From: Tagaea sp.
GTDB taxonomy: Bacteria; Pseudomonadota; Alphaproteobacteria; CACIAM-22H2
DNA: 64,000 bases
Reading direction: 5' to 3'
Assembly (NCBI GenBank): GCA_965279525.1
Contig: CBDIIB010000005.1
Span: forward strand, 1,344,001 to 1,408,000
Position 1 is the stretch's first letter, and each line of letters opens with the position of its first letter. This document shows positions 10,381 to 20,577 of this stretch, in pieces. The notes beneath the pieces are model-generated. The model was given only the letters and a program-made list of their open reading frames with translations, did not search any database and was not told where the DNA came from. The position numbers were made by a program, and so were the translations under genes.

Positions 10381-11139
10381 TCACCGTCCCAGATAGACTT
10401 CGACGACGCGTTCGTCGGCACTGACCTGGTCGATGGTGCCCTCCGCCAGCACCGATCCTTCGTGCAGGACCGTGACCTTGACGCCGAGCTCGCGCACGAA
10501 GGCCATGTCATGCTCGACGACCACGACCGAATGCGTACGGTTGATGCGCTTCAGGAGTTCGGCCGTCTCGAACGTCTCGGCATCGGTCATCCCGGCGACG
10601 GGCTCGTCGACAAGCAGCAGGGCCGGGTCCTGCGCCAGCAGCATGCCGATCTCCAGCCACTGCTTCTGGCCGTGCGACAGGCCACCGGCCGGCGACTTGC
10701 GCTGGGCGTCGAGCTTGACGGTGGCGAGCAGTTCGTCAATCTGCGCCTTTTCCTCGGCCGATCGGCGCGCGGTCAGCGTGGGCAGCACGCCGCGCGGCGC
10801 CTTCAGGGCCAGGCGCAGATTGTCCTCGACCGTATGGCTCTCGAACACGGTCGGCTTCTGGAACTTGCGCCCGATGCCCAGCTCCGCGATCGCCGCCTCG
10901 TCGAGCTTGGTAAGGTCGAACTCGCCGCCGTCGAACAGCACGTCGCCGCTGTCGGGCCGCGTCTTGCCGGTGATGACATCCATCATCGTCGTCTTGCCGG
11001 CCCCGTTGGGACCGACGATGGCCCGCATCTCGCCGGGGGCGATCAGCAGGGCAAGCTGGTTGAGCGCCTTGAACCCGTCGAACGAGACGTTGACGCCGTC
11101 GAGATAGAGCAGCGCGTCGGTCGTCTTCCGGCCGTTCAT
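10381..11139 (-). CDS. urtD: Urea ABC transporter ATP-binding subunit UrtD
   Basis: VSFDGFKAL, GPNGAGKTT, GIGRKFQKP, LSHGQKQWLEIGM, C-terminal VYLGR. Confidence 0.95.
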   Translation of the reverse strand: MNGRKTTDALLYLDGVNVSFDGFKALNQLALLIAPGEMRAIVGPNGAGKTTMMDVITGKTRPDSGDVLFDGGEFDLTKLDEAAIAELGIGRKFQKPTVFESHTVEDNLRLALKAPRGVLPTLTARRSAEEKAQIDELLATVKLDAQRKSPAGGLSHGQKQWLEIGMLLAQDPALLLVDEPVAGMTDAETFETAELLKRINRTHSVVVVEHDMAFVRELGVKVTVLHEGSVLAEGTIDQVSADERVVEVYLGR

Positions 11140-12239
11140 GGCTTGCTCCGCCGGGCGGAGAACCAGGCGCCGAGCGTGCCGACGATGCCTTTGGGCAGGA
11201 ACAGCGTGACGAGGATGAAGAGTGCGCCCAGCGCGAACAGCCACAGCGTGGGCAGGGCACCGGTCAGCCACGTCTTCGACGCGTTGACGAGGACCGCACC
11301 CAGGGCCGCACCGGTCAGCGTGCCGCGCCCGCCGACCGCGACCCAGATGACCGCCTCGATCGAGTTGGCGGGCGAGAACTCGGACGGGTTGATGATGCCG
11401 ACCTGCGGCACGTACAAGGCACCCGCGATGCCGGCCATGACGGCCGAGACGACGAACACGAACAGCTTGAAACGTTCGACCCGGTAGCCCAGGAACCTCG
11501 TGCGCGTCTCGGCATCGCGCACCGCGATCAGCACGAGCCCCAGCTTCGACGTGACGATCGTCTTGGCGATCGCGAAGCCGCCCAGCAGGGCCAATGCGGA
11601 AAGCGAGAACAGCACGGCGCGCGTGGACTGCGCCTGGACGGAGAAGCCGAGCAGGTCCTTGAAATCGGTCAGGCCGTTGTTGCCGCCGAAGCCCATGTCG
11701 TTGCGGAAGAAGGCGAGCTGCAGCGCATAGGTCACGGCCTGCGTGATGATCGAGAGGTAGACGCCCGTGACGCGGCTGCGGAAGGCGAACCAGCCGAGCA
11801 CGAAGGCGAGCAGGCCCGGCACGAACATCGCCATCACCATGGCGTAGCCGAACCAGTCGAAGAAATACCAGGCGTAGGGGAGTTCCTTCCAGTTGAGGAA
11901 CACCATGAAATCGGGAAGCATCGCGTTGCCGTAGACGCCGCGCGAGCCGATCGTGCGCATCAGGTACATGCCCATCGCGTAGCCGCCCAGCGCGAAGAAG
12001 GCGCCGTGGCCCAGCGACAGGATCCCGCAATAGCCCCAGACGAGGTCGAGCGACAGCGCCAGCAGCGCGTAGGTCATCCACTTGCCGTAGAGCACGACGC
12101 TCGCGTTCGACACGTGGAAGACCGATCCCGGCGGGAAAGCGAGGTTGGCGAGCGGGACCAGAACGCACAACGCCACCACGACGGCGACGAAGATACGCTC
12201 GGAGACGCCGAGCCGGCCGGCGAGGCGCTGCACGATCAC
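11136..12239 (-). CDS. urtC: Urea ABC transporter permease UrtC
   Basis: LDLVWGYCGILSLGHGAFF, LPDFMVFLNW, FGGNNGLTDFK, VAVGGRGTL; GTG start overlaps the urtB stop. Confidence 0.95.
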   Translation of the reverse strand: MIVQRLAGRLGVSERIFVAVVVALCVLVPLANLAFPPGSVFHVSNASVVLYGKWMTYALLALSLDLVWGYCGILSLGHGAFFALGGYAMGMYLMRTIGSRGVYGNAMLPDFMVFLNWKELPYAWYFFDWFGYAMVMAMFVPGLLAFVLGWFAFRSRVTGVYLSIITQAVTYALQLAFFRNDMGFGGNNGLTDFKDLLGFSVQAQSTRAVLFSLSALALLGGFAIAKTIVTSKLGLVLIAVRDAETRTRFLGYRVERFKLFVFVVSAVMAGIAGALYVPQVGIINPSEFSPANSIEAVIWVAVGGRGTLTGAALGAVLVNASKTWLTGALPTLWLFALGALFILVTLFLPKGIVGTLGAWFSARRSKP

Positions 12240-13849
12240 GATTCGGCCGTCCGGCCCTTTTGCGCGAACAGGCCGCGCGGGCGCTTCTGGATGAACAGGA
12301 TGATGAAAACGAGGATCGCGATCTTGCCCAGCACCGCACCGGCGACCGGCTCGAGCAGCTTGTTGGCGACACCCAGCGACAGGGCGGCGACGAGCGTGCC
12401 CCACAGACTGCCCACACCGCCGAACACGACGACCATGAAGCTGTCGATGATGTAGCCCTGCCCGAGATTGGGCGAGACGTTGTCGATCTGCGACAGCGCC
12501 ACGCCCGCGATCCCGGCGATCCCGGAACCCAGGCCGAAGGTCAGCGCGTCGATCCAGTTCGTCCGGATGCCAACCGAGCCCGCCATCGCGCGGTTCTGCA
12601 CGACCGCGCGCATGCGCAGGCCGAAATCGGTGTAGCGGATGACGAACAGCAGGATAGCGAAGACGGCGATCGTGAACACCACGATCCACAGCCGGCTCCA
12701 GGTCAGCGCGATGCCGAACAGGTCGAACGACCCGGTCATGAAGGAGGGGTTGCCGACTTCGCGGTTGGACGAGCCGAAGATCGTGCGGACCGCCTGCTGG
12801 AGGACGAGCGAGACGCCCCAGGTGGCGAGCAGTGTTTCGAGCGGGCGGCCGTAGAGATAGCGGATGATCGTGCGCTCGATGGCGATGCCCACGCTGCCCG
12901 AGACGATGAAGGCCAGCGGAAGCGCGAACAGCAGCGACCAGTCGAACAGCGAGGGCGCGTGGGCGCGCAGCACTTCCTGCACGGCGAAGGTCGTGTAGGC
13001 GCCGAGCATGACCATCTCGCCATGCGCCATGTTGATGATGCCCATCACGCCGAAGGTGATGGCAAGGCCGATCGCCGCTAGCAGCAGCACCGAGCCCAGC
13101 GACAGGCCGAAGAACAGGTTCTGGATGCCGCTCAGGATCGCGAGATGCTGCTCGACGCCGGCGGCCGCACGCTCGGCGCGCGCACGCAACGCCGCAGGCG
13201 CATCGGCGGGAATGGCGCGCAGCAGGACCAGCGCGTCGCGTCCGCCGCGCTCGGCCAGCGTGTCGATCGCCGCAAGGCGAACGGATTCGGGCTGGGTCGC
13301 GTCGACGATGCGCAGTGCGGCGAGGGCCGCGGTGATCGCGGTTGCCACGCGCGGATCGCGTTCGCGCCCCAATGCGGCTTCAAGGGCCGGTGCCTGCGTG
13401 GCGTCGCGCGACTGCATGATCGCCGCCGCGGCGGCACGTCGCTGGGCGGGATCGGCGGCGTTGAGGCGCAGCACGCCGAGGGCGGCCGCGATGGTCTGGC
13501 GGACCGGGTTGTTGACGCGCACGCGGCGCAGGCCGGCGGCATCCGAATCGGGCTCGGGCTTGCCGGTTTCGGCCGCGCGCGTGCTGCCGTCGGTGCCTAC
13601 GACGTATAGCCGCCGGTCGGACGGGCGCCAGGCGAGCTTGCCGTCGGCAAGGGCTTCGACGATCTCGAGCGACATCGGATGGCCGCTACGCGCGATCTCT
13701 TCGACGGCGCGTGCGGTATCAGGAAAGCGGTCGGTCGCGAAACGCGCGAGCGTCTCGTCGATCGCCTGGGCGCGGACCGAAGGCACGGCGCACAGGAAGG
13801 CGACCAGGACAAGGGCGATCGCCGCAATGAAATTCGGGAGTCTGTTCAC
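12236..13849 (-). CDS. urtB: Urea ABC transporter permease UrtB (with N-terminal helical periplasmic domain)
   Basis: GLAITFGVMGIINMAHGE, LYGRPLETLLATWG, YIIDSFMVVVFGGVG. Start placed at GTG 13849, downstream of the intercistronic hairpin; 13894 is an alternative. Confidence 0.93.
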   Translation of the reverse strand: MNRLPNFIAAIALVLVAFLCAVPSVRAQAIDETLARFATDRFPDTARAVEEIARSGHPMSLEIVEALADGKLAWRPSDRRLYVVGTDGSTRAAETGKPEPDSDAAGLRRVRVNNPVRQTIAAALGVLRLNAADPAQRRAAAAAIMQSRDATQAPALEAALGRERDPRVATAITAALAALRIVDATQPESVRLAAIDTLAERGGRDALVLLRAIPADAPAALRARAERAAAGVEQHLAILSGIQNLFFGLSLGSVLLLAAIGLAITFGVMGIINMAHGEMVMLGAYTTFAVQEVLRAHAPSLFDWSLLFALPLAFIVSGSVGIAIERTIIRYLYGRPLETLLATWGVSLVLQQAVRTIFGSSNREVGNPSFMTGSFDLFGIALTWSRLWIVVFTIAVFAILLFVIRYTDFGLRMRAVVQNRAMAGSVGIRTNWIDALTFGLGSGIAGIAGVALSQIDNVSPNLGQGYIIDSFMVVVFGGVGSLWGTLVAALSLGVANKLLEPVAGAVLGKIAILVFIILFIQKRPRGLFAQKGRTAES

Positions 13850-13858
13850 GCTGAGGGT

Positions 13859-13888
13859 CGACCGGATGCCCTGAAGGGCATCCGGTCG
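13859..13888 (-). terminator. Intercistronic stem-loop between urtA and urtB (mRNA stabiliser or partial terminator)
   Basis: Perfect 13-bp inverted repeat CGACCGGATGCCC-TGAA-GGGCATCCGGTCG; no strong U-tract. Confidence 0.6.
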
Positions 13889-13917
13889 CTCCATCTAGAC
13901 GGTCGGGATGTGACGGC

Positions 13918-15213
13918 TCAGACCTTGCCGCCGCACTTGCCGGCCTTGACGTTGAAGTTGCCGCACGACATCGGCTTGCGCCAGTCGGCGATCAGGTCCT
14001 TCGAGCCTTCGAGATAATCCGACCACTCGTCGCCGACCACGAGGCCCGAAGTCTGCCACACGGTGTTGATCTGGCCATCGGCCTGGATCTCGCCGATCAG
14101 CACGGGCTTGGTGATGTGGTGGTTGGGCATCATCGTCGAGAGGCCGCCGGTGAGGTTCGGCACCGAAACGCCGATCATCGCGTCGATCACGGCTTCGGCG
14201 TCGAACGTGCCGGCCTTCTCGACTGCCTTGACCCACATGTTGAAGCCGATGACGTGGGCTTCCATCGGGTCATTCGTGACGCGCTTCGGGTTCTTGATGA
14301 AGGTCTGCCACTTCTTGATGAATTCCTTGTTCTCGGGCGCGTCGACCGACATGAAGTAGTTCCAGGCGGCGAGGTGGCCGACCAGCGGCTTCGTGTCGAT
14401 GCCGGCGAGCTCTTCTTCACCGACCGAGAAGGCGACGACGGGGATGTCCTTGGCGGCAACGCCCTGGTTGCCCAGTTCCTTGTAGAACGGCACGTTCGCG
14501 TCGCCGTTGATCGTCGACACGACGGCCGTCTTCTTGCCCGCGCCGCCGAAGGCCTTGATCTGGCGGACGATCGTCTGCCAGTCGGAATGGCCGAACGGCG
14601 TGTAGTTGATCAGGATGTCTTCCTGCTTGACCCCCTTGAGCTTCAGGTAGGCCTCGAGGATGCGGTTGGTCGTGCGCGGATAGACATAGTCGGTGCCCGC
14701 GAGCACCCAGCGCTGCACCTTCTCCGACTCCATCAGGTAGTCGACGGCCGGGATCGCCTGCTGGTTGGGGGCGGCACCCGTGTAGAACACGTTCTTCGAG
14801 CTTTCCTCGCCCTCGTACTGGACGGGGTAGAAGAGGATCGAGTTCAGTTCCTCGAACACCGGCAGCACCGACTTGCGCGACACCGACGTCCAGCAGCCGA
14901 AGGTCGCGGCGCACTTCTGGGCGGTGATGAGCTCGCGCGCCTTTTCGGCGAACAGCGGCCAGTTCGAGGCCGGATCGACGACAGCGGCTTCGAGCTTGCG
15001 GCCCAGGATGCCGCCCTTCTTGTTCTGCTCCTCGATGAGCATCAGCATGACGTCCTTGAGCGTCGTCTCCGAGATCGCCATCGTGCCCGACAGCGAGTGG
15101 AGGATGCCGACCTTGACCGGCGCGCCCTGCGCGCGGATCGACGGTGCGGCGAGCGTCACGCCAGCGGCGACGGCGGCGGTGGTTCCAAGGAAGCGGCGAC
15201 GTGAAAACTGCAT
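13918..15213 (-). CDS. urtA: Urea ABC transporter substrate-binding protein UrtA (Tat signal)
   Basis: SRRRFL Tat motif; VGILHSLSGTMAISE, FGCWTSVSRK, YPVQYEG, GTDYVYPRTTN. Confidence 0.97.
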   Translation of the reverse strand: MQFSRRRFLGTTAAVAAGVTLAAPSIRAQGAPVKVGILHSLSGTMAISETTLKDVMLMLIEEQNKKGGILGRKLEAAVVDPASNWPLFAEKARELITAQKCAATFGCWTSVSRKSVLPVFEELNSILFYPVQYEGEESSKNVFYTGAAPNQQAIPAVDYLMESEKVQRWVLAGTDYVYPRTTNRILEAYLKLKGVKQEDILINYTPFGHSDWQTIVRQIKAFGGAGKKTAVVSTINGDANVPFYKELGNQGVAAKDIPVVAFSVGEEELAGIDTKPLVGHLAAWNYFMSVDAPENKEFIKKWQTFIKNPKRVTNDPMEAHVIGFNMWVKAVEKAGTFDAEAVIDAMIGVSVPNLTGGLSTMMPNHHITKPVLIGEIQADGQINTVWQTSGLVVGDEWSDYLEGSKDLIADWRKPMSCGNFNVKAGKCGGKV

Positions 15214-15273
15214 ATAAACCCCCCACTTAAGCGTATCGCGGGTCGCGATCGCGGTTGATCCCGCACCTGCGAA

Positions 15274-15290
15274 TGCAAGTTCAAGGCCGA
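15274..15290 (-). promoter_or_regulatory. Putative sigma54 (-24/-12) promoter of urtABCDE
   Basis: Minus strand TCGGCCTTGAACTTGCA = GG-N10-GC with TTGC at -12, about 60 nt upstream of urtA. Confidence 0.65.
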
Positions 15291-15376
15291 GCGATGCAGG
15301 TCTCCGGCCGGCCGGGCGATTCGTCCGACTTCGCGCCCGGATTGCATGCAGGAAGGCGTGCGGCGGCGAGCAATCC

Positions 15377-15391
15377 GCCTAATAAACAGGC
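15377..15391. promoter_or_regulatory. Putative NtrC-type enhancer site
   Basis: GCCT-AATAAAC-AGGC inverted repeat with an AT-rich core, about 90 nt upstream of the -24 element. Confidence 0.5.
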
Positions 15392-15502
15392 TGAACGGAC
15401 TCGAATTAGCCAATGCGTACCGGCCGCCGGCTTTCCGGATCGCGCGATTCGGCTATGTTGGGCCTATCGACGATGCGAAGCACGAGCCTTGGGAGCGAAA
15501 CG

Positions 15503-16993
15503 ATGCCGGCGACCGTCCTGACCGCGATGGTGATGCACGAAACGAACACGTTCAGCGTCCGCAGGACGCCGATCGAGGCCTTCGAGGCCTATATGCTGAC
15601 GCGCGACAACGGGGTCGCCGCGTCGTTCAAGGGGACGCGCACGGGGCTAGGGGCATCGTTCGACGCGGCAGCCCGCTACGGCTGGACGCTGCGCCACCCG
15701 ATCGCCGCGTCGGCCACGCCGTCGGGCGTGGTCACGCGCGCGGCATTCGAGACGATCCTCGCACCCATCCTTGCCGCCGCCGCCGGGTGCGACGGGGCGC
15801 TGCTGTTCCTGCATGGCGCGATGGTGCTCGAGGACGAGGACGACGGCGAAGGCGAACTGCTCGAACGCCTGCGCGCGAAGATCGGCCTCGCACCCGTCGT
15901 CGCGATCCTCGACCTGCACGCCAATCTCACCGACCGCATGGCCGACAACGCGAATTCGCTGATCTCGTTCCGTACCTATCCGCATGTCGATGCGTACGAG
16001 CGCATGACGCAAGGGGCCGGCCTCCTCGACCGCGCGATGCGCGGCGAGATAAAGCCGGTGTGCGTGCGCGTCCAGCATCCGCAGCTCGAAGGCATCGACC
16101 ACGGCCGCACGGCCGGCGTGCCGGCCGACAGCCCGATGCTGAAGCTGCTTGCCGAGGCCGACGCGGCCGAAGCGGCCGGCGAAGCGCTGGTCGTGTCGCT
16201 GCAGGCCGGCTTCAGCATGGCCGACATCAAGGACGTGGGCCCGTCGGTCGCGGTCACGGCCGACGGCGACAGGGCCGCGGGCCTCAAGGTCGCCGCACGC
16301 TTCGCGCAAGGCGTGTGGGACACGCGCGAATACGATTCGCTGAAGAAGCTGCTGATGCCGGTCGGTGAAGCGGTCGCGCGCGCGAAGGCGGGCGAAGGTG
16401 CCGCAAAGCAGCCCGTCGTGATCGCCGACTATGCCGACAATCCCGGCGGCGGCGCCTACATGGACTCGACCGTGCTGCTGCGCGCGATGCTCGATGCCGG
16501 GCTGTCGGACGCGGCCTATCACGCGATCCTCGATCCGAAAGCCGTGCAGGCGGGACTGGCGGCGGGTCCCGGCAAGGAAATCACGATCGAACTTGGCGGG
16601 CACACCGATGCCGCGCGCGGCGGCCCGCCGCTGCGCGTGACCGGCCGCGTGACGTGCCTGACGGACGGCGGCTTCGTCGCGCGCGGGCCGATGGGCGGCG
16701 GCGTGCGCTACAGCCATGGCCCGTCGATGGTGCTGCGCGTCGGCGGTCTCGACGTCGTCGTCGTCAGCAACCCCACGCAGAGCAAGGAGCTCGAGCAGTT
16801 CGGCGCCATGGGCATCGATCCGCGCGCGATGAAGACGCTGGCCGTGAAATCGATGCAGCATTTCCGCGCGGCATTCGCGCCCATCGCGCGCGAGATTCTT
16901 GTCGTCGACAGCGGCGCGCTGTGCTCGCCGCTGCGCAAGTCGGCCGATTTCAATCAGGTACGCCGGCCGATGTGGCCGTTCGATCCGGTCTAG
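15503..16993 (+). CDS. M81 family metallopeptidase (MlrC-like)
   Basis: HETNTFS, LFLHGAM, LDLHAN, RTYPHVD, ADYADNPGGG, VKSMQHFRA; ATG 15503 after GGGAG. Confidence 0.92.
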   Translation: MPATVLTAMVMHETNTFSVRRTPIEAFEAYMLTRDNGVAASFKGTRTGLGASFDAAARYGWTLRHPIAASATPSGVVTRAAFETILAPILAAAAGCDGALLFLHGAMVLEDEDDGEGELLERLRAKIGLAPVVAILDLHANLTDRMADNANSLISFRTYPHVDAYERMTQGAGLLDRAMRGEIKPVCVRVQHPQLEGIDHGRTAGVPADSPMLKLLAEADAAEAAGEALVVSLQAGFSMADIKDVGPSVAVTADGDRAAGLKVAARFAQGVWDTREYDSLKKLLMPVGEAVARAKAGEGAAKQPVVIADYADNPGGGAYMDSTVLLRAMLDAGLSDAAYHAILDPKAVQAGLAAGPGKEITIELGGHTDAARGGPPLRVTGRVTCLTDGGFVARGPMGGGVRYSHGPSMVLRVGGLDVVVVSNPTQSKELEQFGAMGIDPRAMKTLAVKSMQHFRAAFAPIAREILVVDSGALCSPLRKSADFNQVRRPMWPFDPV

Positions 16994-18084
16994 CGCAGGA
17001 CCTTGTCGGCGAAGTCGAGATAGCGGTCCCAGTCGTATGCGGTCACGCCGTGGCCGCCGTCGCGCAGGTGATAGCCGGGCAGCGGCGTGCCGCGGCCGTA
17101 GAGCTCATATATAGGTGCTGCCGCCAGGGCCGCCTGGTGTTCGCCGGCCGGGCCGGCCCAGGAATCTTCGCGCGCACTCGCGACATAGACCGCACGCGGC
17201 GCACAGAGCCCGATCAGCAGATGCTGGTCGAAGGGCAGTTCGCTTTCGCGACCCGCGAAGGCGCGCAGCGGTTCGGCGAACCAATGCGGGAAGCGCTGGA
17301 ACAGGTCGCCGATCGTCTCGCCCGAAGCATGGCGGAACAGCTTCGCCCCGCCGGCTCCCGAGTTGTTGGCGACGACGAGGGCGATCCGCGGATCGAGGGC
17401 ACCCGCCCACAGCGCGGCCTTGCCGTGACGCGAATGTCCGATCGCGGCCGCGCGCGTCGGATCGATCAGTTCGAGGTCGGCAAGCCCGTCGAGCACGCGC
17501 GAGAAGGCCCAGGCCCACGCGGCGATGGCCCCGCCGAATCCGGCGGCACGCACCGGCCGGCTCAGCTCCGGATCGTCCGTGCAAAAGCTTCCGTCGTGCC
17601 AAGTCGCGACCCCATAGCCGCGCGCCAGGATCGTCGCCAGCGGCCAGCGCCCGGCATGCACGCCGCGCGTCCCATCCGTCGCGCGATTGGCGACCACGCC
17701 CCAGTCGGGCTCGGGGCGCATCCAGCCGGCATCCAGCGGAATGGCCGGATCCGGATCGACCGAAACGTTGCCGGCATAGTTCGGTCCGAAGAACAGTGGC
17801 GGGGGGCGGCGGGACGGCGGCGGCAGATAGAGGGAAACGGCGATCTCCTGCGGCAGGCCCGCGATTCCGGTCCTGAGCGCGATCTCGAAACGGGCCGACC
17901 GGGCGTCGAAGGCGGCAGCATGTCGCGCGCGGATTGCGGCCTGCACCTGCACCGTCTGCGGTACCGGACCATACATCGTCTGCCGGTAGATCGCGACGAG
18001 CGCCGGCCGGATGCGGTCTTCCCACGCTTCGCGCCCCGCACCAGCCAGCGGATCGGGCAGCACCGGAGTCGGCTGTATGCTCAT
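16990..18084 (-). CDS. CE15-like (glucuronoyl esterase-type) alpha/beta hydrolase, no signal peptide
   Basis: GAIAAWAWAFSR, nucleophile elbow IGHSRHGKAALWAGA, NNSGAGG, LPFDQHLLI, SAREDSWA, YHLRDGGH. Confidence 0.8.
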   Translation of the reverse strand: MSIQPTPVLPDPLAGAGREAWEDRIRPALVAIYRQTMYGPVPQTVQVQAAIRARHAAAFDARSARFEIALRTGIAGLPQEIAVSLYLPPPSRRPPPLFFGPNYAGNVSVDPDPAIPLDAGWMRPEPDWGVVANRATDGTRGVHAGRWPLATILARGYGVATWHDGSFCTDDPELSRPVRAAGFGGAIAAWAWAFSRVLDGLADLELIDPTRAAAIGHSRHGKAALWAGALDPRIALVVANNSGAGGAKLFRHASGETIGDLFQRFPHWFAEPLRAFAGRESELPFDQHLLIGLCAPRAVYVASAREDSWAGPAGEHQAALAAAPIYELYGRGTPLPGYHLRDGGHGVTAYDWDRYLDFADKVLR

Positions 18085-18120
18085 GTTACGCGTGACATGC
18101 GGATTTTTCGGGCCCTGCGA

Positions 18121-18170
18121 TTGACAGCCTGAGGTCGCCTGTATCAGATACCGACACCTTATCAGAGGTG
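18121..18170 (+). promoter_or_regulatory. Putative sigma70 promoter and operator of the sugar ABC operon
   Basis: TTGACA at 18121; repeated CCT(G)TATCAGA at 18138 and 18157; CACCT-N6-AGGTG inverted repeat at 18155-18170. Confidence 0.4.
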
Positions 18171-18214
18171 CCCGGGCGAACGCCCGCACCGCCAAGAATA
18201 GAACGGGGGAAACA

Positions 18215-19480
18215 ATGCGATTCAATGGAACATTTGCGGCAGCGTGCGCGCTGTCGGTCTGGGCCGGCGCCGCGATGGCCCAGGCACCGGTCGAGTTGCG
18301 TTACATGTGCTATGCCGACGCCAACGAATGCGAAGTGTCGCGCGAACTGCTCGACCGCTTCGAGAAGGCCAACGCCGGCATCAAGGTCGTCATCGACAAG
18401 GTCGGCTTCAACGTCATCCGCGAACAGCTTGAAACGCGCCTCGAGGCCGGCCAGGGCCCCGACATGGCGCGCGTCACCAATCTTGGCGGCCTCAACAAGT
18501 ACTATCTGGATCTGACGCCGCACGTTCAGGCGGCCTACTGGAACGACAATTTCGGCCAGACGCTGAACTGGATGCGCGTCGGCCCGAACGACAAGGGCAT
18601 CTACGGCTTCCTCACCCAGCTCACGATCACCGGACCGTTCGTCAACAAGACGATGTTCGCCGAAGCGGGCGTGCCTCTTCCCGGTGCGACCGCCACGTGG
18701 GACGACTGGGCGGCCGCGATCGCGCAGGTCCAGAAGAAGCTCAACGTCTATTCCGGCATCGAGATGGACCGCACGGGCCACCGCTTCGCGGGTCCCGCGA
18801 TGTCGTATGGCGCCAAGTACTTCGATGCCAACGGCCGTCCGGCCGTGACCGATGCCGGCTTCAAGGCGTTCTCCGAACGCATGGTGCGCTGGCACAAGGA
18901 AGGCCTGATGAAGGAGATCTGGCCGAGCTCTTCCGGGGCCCGCTGGAAGAACGCGGCCGACCAGTTCATCAACAAGGACACGGTCATGCATGTCGGCGGA
19001 TCGTGGATGATCCAGCGCTATTCCGAGACGATCGGCGACCGCTTCGACTGGGCCGCGATCCCGCAGCCCTGCGGTCCCGCAGGCTGTGCGGCGATGCCGG
19101 GCGGTGCGGCGATGGTCGGCTTCAAGGCGACCAAGAATCCGCAGGCCGTCGCCAAGGTGATGGAGTTCATGGCGTCGGAACCGGTGCTCAAGGAATATTA
19201 CGAGCGCACGCTCCAGATCCCGGCGCACAAGGGTCTGGCGCAGAAGGGCCTCGACTACGGCAAGAACGTCTCGCCGCAGGCGATCGCGGCGCTGAAGGTG
19301 TTCACCGCCAACTACGACAAGATCCCGGCGCAGGCCCACCAGCTGCAGGGCTACCAGCGCAATGTGGCGATCTTCAACGCGACGGCCAACAATATCTCGC
19401 AGGCGATCACCGGCGGCCTCTCGCTCGACGAGGCCTACAAGAAGGTCGACGAGGAGATCAAGCAGGCCGTCGGCAACTGA
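18215..19480 (+). CDS. Carbohydrate ABC transporter substrate-binding protein (CUT1)
   Basis: Signal peptide ending AMA-Q; GQGPDMARV, TITGPFVNKTMF, GGSW, MPGG; first gene of the CUT1 operon. Confidence 0.9.
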   Translation: MRFNGTFAAACALSVWAGAAMAQAPVELRYMCYADANECEVSRELLDRFEKANAGIKVVIDKVGFNVIREQLETRLEAGQGPDMARVTNLGGLNKYYLDLTPHVQAAYWNDNFGQTLNWMRVGPNDKGIYGFLTQLTITGPFVNKTMFAEAGVPLPGATATWDDWAAAIAQVQKKLNVYSGIEMDRTGHRFAGPAMSYGAKYFDANGRPAVTDAGFKAFSERMVRWHKEGLMKEIWPSSSGARWKNAADQFINKDTVMHVGGSWMIQRYSETIGDRFDWAAIPQPCGPAGCAAMPGGAAMVGFKATKNPQAVAKVMEFMASEPVLKEYYERTLQIPAHKGLAQKGLDYGKNVSPQAIAALKVFTANYDKIPAQAHQLQGYQRNVAIFNATANNISQAITGGLSLDEAYKKVDEEIKQAVGN

Positions 19481-19500
19481 CTTGAGTACGACGCACGACA

Positions 19501-19539
19501 CCGGCTCCCCCTCGGCCTTCGGTGCCGACGGGGGGCCGG
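19501..19539 (+). other. Intercistronic GC-rich stem-loop after the binding-protein gene
   Basis: CCGGCTCCCCCTCGGC...GCCGACGGGGGGCCGG imperfect inverted repeat ending just before the permease ATG. Confidence 0.5.
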
Positions 19540-19541
19540 CA

Positions 19542-20576
19542 ATGCGCTGGATCGTGCTGCCGGCGCTGGCCGCACTGGATCCGCCGATGCGGTGGATACA
19601 GCGACGGATCGGGATCGCACGACTTCCCTACGTGTTCCTGCTGCCGACGATGCTGATCTTCGGCATGTTCAGCTTCCTGCCGGCCGTCCTCAACATCTGG
19701 ATCTCGTTCACCGGCGGCAGTTCCACGCTTGTGGCCGCGCGCCCGTTTGTCGGCCTGCAGAATTACGAAGCACTGCTCGCGTGCGAATCGATCTTCGTGC
19801 CGAAAAGCTGCCCGGTCTCCGGCTTCGCCTTCTGGACCGGCATGTGGAACACGCTCGCGTTCGCGGTCATCCAGGTCCCGGTCATGATCGTCGTGGCGCT
19901 GGCGACCGCCATCGTCCTCAACCGCAAGATCCGCGCGCGCGGCTTCTGGCGCGCGATGTTCTTCTATCCGGTCATGCTTTCGCCCGTCGTCGTCGCAATC
20001 GTGTGGGACTGGGTGCTGAAGCGTCGCGGCATCCTCAACGCGCTGCTGACCGACCTGACGGCACACTACAACGCGGCTGTCGCATCATTGCCCTTCGACA
20101 TCGCGGTGGCCCCGTTCCGAGCGATCAACTGGCTCGGGGATGCGAGCACAAGCTGGCCGTTCTTCTGGATCGTCTTCGTCTATTCGTGGTCGCATCTGGG
20201 CTTCTACATGCTGATCCTGCTGGCCGGCCTCCAGGCGATCCCCAAGGATCTCTACGAGGCGGCCGAGATGGACGGCACGCCCGCGTGGCGCGCGTTCGCG
20301 CGCATCACGCTGCCTTTGCTGATGCCCACGCTGCTCGTCGCCCTCGTGCTTTCGCTGATCCGCGCCTTCCAGGTCTTCGACGAGGTCTACGTGCTGACCG
20401 GCGGCGGGCCCGGCACGGCCACGCGCATGGTCATCCAGCATATCTACGAGACCGCCTTCGTCAGCGATGCCAAGCTCTACGGCATTGCCGCGGCTTCCTC
20501 GGTGCTGCTCGCCGGGATCATCCTCGTGCTCACGCTCGTCCAGCTGGCGCTGTCGCGCCGCCAAGCAGGGGGCTGA
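19542..20576 (+). CDS. Carbohydrate ABC transporter permease (MalF-like)
   Basis: YVFLLP, GFYMLILLAGLQAIPKDLYEAAEMDG (EAA loop), FQVFDEVYVLTGGGP. Confidence 0.93.
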   Translation: MRWIVLPALAALDPPMRWIQRRIGIARLPYVFLLPTMLIFGMFSFLPAVLNIWISFTGGSSTLVAARPFVGLQNYEALLACESIFVPKSCPVSGFAFWTGMWNTLAFAVIQVPVMIVVALATAIVLNRKIRARGFWRAMFFYPVMLSPVVVAIVWDWVLKRRGILNALLTDLTAHYNAAVASLPFDIAVAPFRAINWLGDASTSWPFFWIVFVYSWSHLGFYMLILLAGLQAIPKDLYEAAEMDGTPAWRAFARITLPLLMPTLLVALVLSLIRAFQVFDEVYVLTGGGPGTATRMVIQHIYETAFVSDAKLYGIAAASSVLLAGIILVLTLVQLALSRRQAGG

Positions 20577-20577
20577 G

